From Lingula anatina (taxonomy: Eukaryota; Animalia; Brachiopoda): a DNA stretch of 64,000 bases. The position numbers and the translations under genes are program-made. Under the pieces are notes generated by a model. That model saw only the letters and a program-made list of their open reading frames with translations. It made no database searches and had not been told where the DNA came from. Below are positions 1-9,543 of the stretch, one piece after another (within the stretch, counting starts at the first letter, position 1; the number at the start of each line of letters is the position of its first letter). The stretch is taken from contig CM120649.1 in assembly GCA_051362555.1 (NCBI GenBank), positions 9,300,001 to 9,364,000 of the forward strand, read 5' to 3'.

Positions 1-49
1 CTGGCGTTTTGGTGACAGGAGGACAGCCCGTCTTTGCACTCATCAATAT
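1..49 (-). CDS. ZP-C/EGF gene exon 10 (partial): calcium-binding EGF ([16 protein letters not shown]...)
   Basis: tttcag acceptor; cbEGF start; truncated by the window edge. Confidence 0.85.
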   Translation of the reverse strand, partial: MLMSAKTGCPPVTKTP

Positions 50-3000
50 CTGAAACAGTAACACATCTTTAGTCTTTTACTGGAGACAACGGCCTTGGGC
101 TATAACAGGTTACAGAAAACAGTCAAAAACATTGATCGATACAAGAGGTTTAAACAGAGAAAAAACTACCAGACGCAGTAATTATGTTACTGCATGTAAA
201 AACAAAGTTACTGGGTTAAGAACCTCACGGCCAAATCTTTGAAATTAGGCCTCATTCCCAACAAAACTATATATCGTTCGAAGTAGTTCGATCCAACTCT
301 GCAAGCGATGTCCCTAAATGCAATCGGAATACCACGCGTTAAGTCGGTGTTTTTCTGTATTCTGCTTAAAAGTAGAATACAGAAAAACTGGTGATTCTAC
401 ACGTACATGGAAACAGGAGAAGGCACGTTAATCTGATGTGATTCAGCGAAAGTCCCCGCGGAGGCGGATCGATCTACGTTGAACGTTATAGATTCATTGG
501 GAAGGAGATCATAGATTCGATGTCATGTACCAGAAAGTCCCCCATGACATAATAGAGAACAGAATGACCATCTATATATCTAAAGACACATCTGGGAATA
601 TCTAGCCCAAGAAAATAAAACTATTTGTTGTCCTGGTAGAGGGTACCATGGAAGTATTAGATATGCTTCCATGGTGTTACACAGTGTATCAATGCTAAGC
701 TGTGCAAAATATGTCTTTTCTTTAAACGGGACGGAATTCATAACTTATTAAATATACATGTATAGACACTATTTATTCTTAAGAAACATTTGTATAGGTT
801 TGGAGAAATTGAAGAAACCTGGAGTTACACTGTTTGATAAAAAGATATTGGCTATCTTGTATTATGCCCCTATTTCACACAGACCACGAATCCCACGAAT
901 CGCCAGGAATTAAAAATTTCAGGATCCGTGGTTGAATCGTAATCAGTTCGTGAAGTTCTGAACAGATTCGTATATAATCGTAGTCAGTTCTTGCAATTCT
1001 CGATCAATTGGGAATTCGTGGCAAAATTTTTGAGCTGTTCAAAATTTTGGCTGCGAAATCCCGATTCCAAAAAATCGTAGTGTAGTGAATTTCTGGACAA
1101 TATTCGTGCGATTCCAGCCGAATTCCACGAATATTCGTAACACTATCGTAACTGTATCGTAACTGAATCGTAGAGCATGTCGAATTAGACCAGAAAATTG
1201 GCAAAATCTCACGAATCCTCACGAATCCTGAAATTTGTCAATCCCTGGCGATTCGTGGGATTCGTGGTCTGTGTGAAATAGGGGCATTATGGATCTAAGT
1301 TTGGGGGTTTCACACAGGTCATGATTGCGAAATAGTCCAAAATAAGTTGTGCAAAATTTTTTTTTTTGCGTCTGGGCAGAAACACTCCAAATGCAGCAGC
1401 AAGGGGTGAATTAGGTAGAAATACGGTGAGATCTCAACGCTTAGTTAAAATTATAAAATAATAAAAATTTTAAAATATTCCGAAATCACTAGAAAATAGG
1501 CTCATTAAAGTATGTTATAATAGCATGGCAGAAAGGGATAAAGACTGTTGGGCGAGAAATGTTAAAATGTTCTATTCTCATATGGGTTAGGTATAGTTTG
1601 GCTTTCTCAGGGTGTTGAAAATGAAATTGGATTTATAAATGAATTGAAGTACGATGCAAAGACAGTGTCTAGAATGCCCGTTTTACAACGATTTGAGAGA
1701 AAAGTGGTTACCAAACATACGGAGTAGAAAAAATGTGTCAGACAAAACACTTGTAGAAATCATGTCTACAGTTGATGCAGCACTTATCCGCAGAGTAGCT
1801 GCTTTTCTAGTTCACGCAGAGAATAAGAGAAACATGATTTTAGAGGTTTTAAAAAAATGAAAGCAAGAGTGCATTGCAAAAGAGTTAAAGGTATTAACCC
1901 CGATGTTAAAATATTGCTCAATGATGTAATTATGTGTATGATGTCCTATTGTTTGTCTCATTACATATTAATTGTTGGCTTATGTTTCTGTTATACCATT
2001 GCACCATGTTCTTATTTTGTATTACTAGCAGTGATGAGATGTTTGTTACACTTGTATAATAATTTTGTTTTTGTCATACTACATGTGGTTATCTTAGTAT
2101 AAATTGTAAAATGTAATATTGGCCGGTGGTGTAAATTACTGGAATAAATTATTATTTGAAGTTGCATTGAAAATAGACTGATTTAATTTTGTTTTGCAAT
2201 TTAAATAAAGTTTTAAGTTGAATACCCTATATTCAAATGGAACCAACCCTAAAGGAATGTATTCCGTGGTTCTCAGGCTATGAAATGGATGGCTGGTCGC
2301 GATGTCTAATTTTTGGAAAGTGAGCACGAGTTTTCATTCATGTTTATTTAACCTTTAATCCTTATAATTCTTCGCTCCATATCAGCGTTGGTCACCGGTC
2401 TTGTAGTACGGAAAACACATTAGGCAAAACTGTATTGCTTTTAAGGGTGTCCCGCACGAAAATGCAGTAGTATCGAAGTAGCAAAGAAGCATTAACGCAG
2501 TAGTGGTGTGGAGCATATTTGCAGTAGAAATGCAGTATAGCCTACTGCAATTCTACTTCACAAATCACATAGGGTTGTACAGAAGAGGAGCATTAATGCA
2601 GTAGATTTGCAGCATGATAGAAGCATGTTTCAAATATGCTAATTAGCTCCCCAATCGAAGCAGATTTGAAGCATGTTTGCAGTATGATTGCAGTAGTCTA
2701 CTGCGCTGGAGTATATACTGCGTTTTCGTGCGGGGTATTTCCCTGTTACTGAGTAAATGGGCGAAAAGAAGAAAAGATGGCGGTTACTAATAAAACACTT
2801 GCTTTGCCTTGTTCTTATTTGTCTCTTACCTGAGCAATAACGTCCGTCCCCGACGAAGCCAGATGTACATGTACAGGTGTGACTGCCCTCCGTGTTCAGG
2901 CAGGTGGCGTGCAGGTCGCAGGAGCTCTGGCCGGTCTGGCACTCGTCCACATCTACGACAAAATGGTCAAAGTGCAATTAATGAATGAAAATGAACTGAA

Positions 3001-6000
3001 TGCATGAAAAGTCAGATTATATTTTAATCAAGATGACAGCTCGTATTAAGGTCCTTTTTTAAATTTCCTGGGGCCATTCCTTTGCATCATTTTCATTAAA
3101 GTATCAAAAAGCCAGTGGATTCTGAGATCTCACTGGTTGATGCGAGGATCTCAAAACCCAATCTTGCAATTACTCTGCACTGTGGATTTTGAAAAGAACT
3201 GCAAGGTGAACGGGGGGCTGGGACCGCAGCCGGAACGTATTAATAGACAGTTTTGTTTTTATTTCTGATTTTGGTAGCCTTTTTATTATAATATTGGTCT
3301 TGAGGATACTACGTCACCTAGGTATGATCCGATTAGTCCACAAGTTTAAAAAAAAAGAAGAAAAAAACTCCTGTTTCGGAACTGCAGTATTGTCTTTTGA
3401 GGGCAACTACACGCAGAGTCACGCCCGGTCTGTTATATGTATATATTATATCTCCTTGTAGTAGTAAGGGAGCCTTTGAAGAAATGCTCAGTTACGTTAT
3501 TATTATCATCATTATTATTACTAACCGGAGCATGTGGTCTCGTTCTCGTTCCAAATGAATCCTTTCGGACAGGAGCAGGTGTAACTTCCCTGGTTGTTTT
3601 TACACAACCCGTTACTACCACATGGCGGCGGCACTAGGCTGCATTCATCAACATCTGAGTGTAAAAGTGTAACTTGTGAATACTGAGTACGTACGTACGC
3701 ATAGGTCGATGCATGTTACTCTCTCTCTCTCTCTCTCTCTCTCAAATATTAGCTAACACTTGTCCCATACATGTGTGCTATTAAAGGGCAGCAAAAAACA
3801 AATGAACATTTAAATTCGCGCACGTGCATGCGTCCATACAAATAACTTAGAGAGTGAATGGAATCCAGGCGTTCTCGATTTTATTTATACGTACCCCAAC
3901 ACCTCTCTTGTCCATTTTTTGTGTAGATATGCAGAAACGATGTATAAAATAGGATTTGAACATTCACGTCATCATAACTTTTTGTTTACCAAAATGTTAT
4001 TTAAAACGTTACTGCACTGAAAATTCCAGTATCCTAAGTCAAAAAATATTGCATGTAACTATGTCAATCATTCTAGTATCCCAAGTTCTTCGGTTCAATG
4101 AATAAAAAACTTCTTTACCTTTTGTGGTGGAAGGTTCTGTAGTGAAGGCCCCCGAAGCTTAATGAAAAATAAAAACACATGGAAATGAACAAGCTTTACA
4201 ACATGAATTATTTTGTACTCTACACTCAGTGAAACATGTTTACCTGGCAGAGAAATCGTTGTCGGAGATGCAGTGATAACAGAGCAACAATCACAAACTG
4301 CAATAAGCGGCCAGGGGCATTTAGAACATACGTGTACACTTAATATGCTTTATTCTCTTTAAATTAAAACTAGACAGCTAGACTGTTTATTATACAGAGA
4401 CTTAACTGAAAAAATAAATCCCGTCACTCCAATTAGAGATTAACAGGCACATTCCAGTAAACATCGAATAAAAATTCCAACACTACATTCTAAACAATGA
4501 ATACAATAAGTTCATGAACATGCAGTTTATGCCTGTGTTAAAGGAATGGTAGTCTTAGAAATGGTGGTCCTAGGTATGGCATTCTGGGGTCATATACGAT
4601 AAGTACAGGTTAGAGTCGTCACAGTGATCAGAATATATATAGACACATACAGTGTCTGTATTTAAAAGCGCGTCTTTATCTCTGTGGTTTAATTAAGGAT
4701 GGATAAGCCAGCTGCAGCCTACTGAAAGCCAGGACATCAAGAACAGAATTAAATGCCCTTTAAATTTAACAGAATTTTGCCATGGCAGGAAAAATAATCT
4801 TCAAAAGAATAACTTACCAGTGGTGTTGGGCCCCTGGGTCGTCGCCAGGGCAACGAATTGATCTGCAAAGGCTGAGATCCAGTCAATGGACCTTGCGTTG
4901 TGTCTAGGTGACGAGGGCAAACCGAAGACAACATTCGGTGGCTTCAAAGTTGTTAACGCACACTTTGCTTGAACCTTCCTCGTCTTTTTTGACATCAGTT
5001 CGGCATGGTCGACAGATCGCTCGGAACCTTTTGCTTTTGAAACATGGCTTTGTTTCCTATGGTCTATGGTCCGTCCGGAATCCCTTCCCTTTGGTTGACG
5101 ACTAGGGGTAATGGATGGTTCGGTATCTTCTGTTGTCTGGCAATGGGGCTACATGCAAAAGATTGGAATTTTTTATAATCTAATTTTCAAATCGTTACGG
5201 ATTATGCAATGAATTTTAAGACATTTGCTTAAATCCCATCATAATATCATTATGCCATTGCTTGTTGGTTAGTTCTGATTCAGTAGAAAATTGTTATTCT
5301 GATTGGTCGGTTGACTCTTGTCATCGAATTATGATATTAGGCAGAATTATCGGTAGGGCCTATCTACTGGAAGACTCATAGCCAATGTTTGGATCAATAG
5401 GTAAAAGGTGACCTGAGCAATGATCTCGAAGGGATAAGTACTGAAATCATTTCATATGGAGAGTTACCCGTCAGCCACTTAGACCAGTGACTTTAACTTA
5501 GTGGGTTAATTTTCTATACAATGGATATCAAAATGGAACGTGCGTCCATTTGGATGTTTTTCTGTCACCAGCCCAAAGCTACATGATGGACTTTGATGAA
5601 ATGTGCAAGATACTTCATAAATAGACTAACTTAGGGAGTGGTCATTATTTAAGTTGAAGGGGGGAGGGTGGAGAAGAAAAGGAAATTTTGAATCTGAAAT
5701 TTAACAAGGCAGCAAAGCTGTCAAATGTACAGACAAAAAAAAAAACAGAAAATAAAGAATCAAAAAATAGGTCATTTTGTCAATTTTGATGCAATAATAA
5801 ATAATGCTGTCAATCAACACTGAATTTTAATCATGAACAACAGATAACATGGTTAATAACACGAGTGAACAGGATAGATATTTTCTGACAGTATTCCAAA
5901 TTATCTTTGTTGATCAATCCTCCATTTTTGATGGTCTTCCAACAGAAAAATATAGATACCCGTCAATGTAAACATTAAAATCTGACCGTCTTCCAGAAGG

Positions 6001-9000
6001 CCCAGAAGATGGTCTCAATCCGCCCCTGCAATAAGATTACAGTTTCAGGACCATGAGAGTTCAAATTCACATAATGAAAATCACAATATTTGAAAAATGA
6101 TGACAGTGCATAAAATAAAATAAGGTTTAAAGACATAAATACCAATACAACTGCTTATGTGGAAATACAGAAAATGCGCAGAGGTTCAAATGGATGGGAG
6201 CTTAAAGTCACATCTTGAAAATGCCAGTGTTTGAAAAAAAAAAAATATTCCAATAAAGCTGCTATTCAAACTGTATTAACATGAGATGAATAACCCCATT
6301 GAGTTTTTTCACTGCTTCCTTATTATGGACACTTATCTAGCAGAGAACTTAGCCTATGGGAGTTTACAGTATCAACAAGTGTGTTTTAAGTAATCTCATT
6401 TAATGGCCAATCTTAATTGACTTTATAGCTCTGAACTTATACCCAAGGGAAAATTACAAATGTGACTAGTAAAGGTCTTCAGGCCCATAAGTCACACCTT
6501 AAAAAGATGCAGAAAATAGGTCATTTTGTCAATTTTGATACAATAATAAATAATGTTTATAACAGCACAATCAACACTTAAAGGGATAATAACTCTTTGT
6601 ATGAGATCTATATTCCACAATAAGACATTGTAAAAAAACTCATAGAAATATAATATATTCTGTTTTACCACAAAAATGGCAGTTATAGCTATTATTCTGA
6701 TATCCGAGCTTGTCATTGCACCATGAGACTTCCGCAGACTATACTCTGTTATAATATTTAAGAGATTATTACAAAAAAAGAAAAAAAAACTTTTTACAAG
6801 AAATTCAGGGACTAACTTTGAATGTAGAAATTGATTCATTAACCATTGGTAAGTATGGGGAAATTGTGGTTTACTCCAGGAAAATTCAATTTTTGGCCAA
6901 AACGAACAGTTATTAATCCTTTAAAGTTAATTATCCACAAAAGGTAACATGGTGAAAAAAATTACATTTTCAGGACCATATGTGAGAGTTCAAATTCACA
7001 TAATGAAAATATCAATATGTGAAAAATGATGACAGTGCATAAAATAATATTACCTAATGTTTAAAGACATAAAAAATCAATACAATTGCTCATGTGGAAA
7101 TACAGAAAATGCACAGCACTTCTGGTGGATGGGGCTTAAAATTCACATCTTGAAGATGCTAGAGTTTGAAAAATAATTTTAAAAAAATCTTAAATAAAAC
7201 AACAAAAAATTCCAATAAAGCTGCTATTCAAACTTTTATCTAGCTGTATTAACATGATATGGATAACCCCACTGAGTTTGAGAAAAATAAGGCACTGTTA
7301 TTCATCCATAGCATGTTGACATAACACAAATTTTTTTCTGTTGTAAATTTATTTGCAATATTAAACAACATTTACCTGCATAATTATCACCAAATCCTAA
7401 TTATGTGACACAGTTAAGAGAGCTAAACCTATGGGACTTTACAGGGAAATCTCAACGAGTGTTTTATGTAATCTCATTTAATGGCCAATTGAAAATTAAT
7501 TACTAGGCAAGACTTTATAGACCTTAATTTAATTAGGGATCCATACAGTACCACCATATAGCACTCTAACAGAAAACAATCACAATGATTTTCCAACACA
7601 AGATGCAATTTTCAGTAAGTACCATAAGTAACATGGTTTTCCCTTGATGGTCATCAGTGTCCAAATTTTTTCCCCATTTTGATGCAATATTACACAATGC
7701 ATAACAGTATAATAACCATCAATTTTTAATAATAAAATAAAAGTATCATGAATATTCAAAAAATGTGACATGAAAAGGTCTTCAAGGCCATGGAAGTTAA
7801 GAGTCACACCTTCAAAATGCCAAAATGTAAACAAGAGATAACTGTACTGAAATGATTTTCTTACCATTTTCAGCACCTTTTTTTACATAAAACAAAATGA
7901 TCAATTTACTGTCATTTTTAAATGATCAACTAAAAAAATTGTTGACATAAGAAAAATATCAATGGAACAATTTAAAATGTTCAATTTGCTCCATTCTGAG
8001 ATTCTGAACATAGTGAATGATTGAATCTGACAAAATGTAAAGATATGAGTTTTTCCCATTTTGACACTTTATTACACAATACACAATAACAGGTTTACTA
8101 TCATTTTCAAATAATCAACTAACAATATTGTAAAGATGGAGAAAATGTCAAAAGAACAACTTAACATATCTAATTAGTTCAAAAATGAATGTTAACATGC
8201 CAGAGAATTAAATTTGAGGAAAAACACTTACATACAAAAAAAAAAAAAAAAAAAGGCATCACCAAAACTTAACTGATCAAGCATATTTTCAAAATTGAAT
8301 CTGTGTTTCAGTAACATTGATCACTCCTGTGAATTTCAAGACAATTGGCCAATCGATTTTCCTTAAAATGTGTTATAGGTGTTGCATGTATGCTGAAAAA
8401 AGTGAAAAAAACAGCACAACTTCTATAAAATTGGCCTGATCATGCTGATTTTCAAACATGACCTGTGTATTAAAAATATTCATCAGTTCTGGAAGTTTCA
8501 AGCCAAAAAGTAAAGCGGTTTTTCACTTATCATGTTATCAATGTTGCATATATGTTGAAAAAAAGTGAAAAAAAAAACAGCAAAACTTCCCTAAAAATGG
8601 CCCGATCATGCTGATTTTCGAACTTGACCTGCGTATTATGAATATTCATCAGTTCTGTAAGTTTCAAGCCAAAAGGTAAAACGTTTTTTCACTTATCGTG
8701 TTTACGGTGTTGCATATATGCTGAAAAAAGTGAAAAAAAAGCATAACTTCCCTAAAAATAGCCCAATCATGCTGATTTTCGAACTTGACCTGCGTATTAT
8801 GAATATTCATCAGTTCTGTAAGTTTCAAGCCAAAAGGTAAAACGTTTTTTCACTTATCGTGTTTAAGGTGTTGCATATATGCTGAAAAAAGTGAAAAAAA
8901 AGCATAACTTCCCTAAAAATGGCCCGATCATGCTGATTTTCGAACTTGACCTGCGTATTATGAACATTCATCAGTTCTGTAAGTTTCAAGCCAAAAGGTA

Positions 9001-9279
9001 AAACTGTTTTCCACTTATCGTGTTTACGGTAAAAGTGCACGCCAACGGCAACGGCAACGGCAACGGCGACGACAGACGCAGGTGATGGCTATATGTACAG
9101 ACACATCTGTGTCTGTACATAAAAATGACAGATAAGGGGGTCTTGAGAAAACTTATATATATACAATTAAAATAAATCAATAAATAAATAAACAAGAGAC
9201 ATGCAATAACCCCGACTCCGAGTTTCACGGGCATACCCAGAAGGTATGCCTGATCGTCAGGAGGTTTATTTGAAAATTT

Positions 9280-9310
<31 letters not shown>

Positions 9311-9461
9311 TTTAAATAAACACCTCCTGATGATCGGGTATAACCTATGGGTATGTACGTGAAATTCAGAGTTGAGGTTCACACATGTTCACACATTTAT
9401 TCCTTTTAAATTGTATATATATATCTTCAGGATAATCAGGATATATATATATCGTGAGCAG

Positions 9462-9543
<82 letters not shown>

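Noticed and set aside
8600-9000. CUGAUGA...GAAA on the minus strand of the 161-bp HINE units
   Set aside because: No pairing for stem II or stem I, so not a hammerhead.
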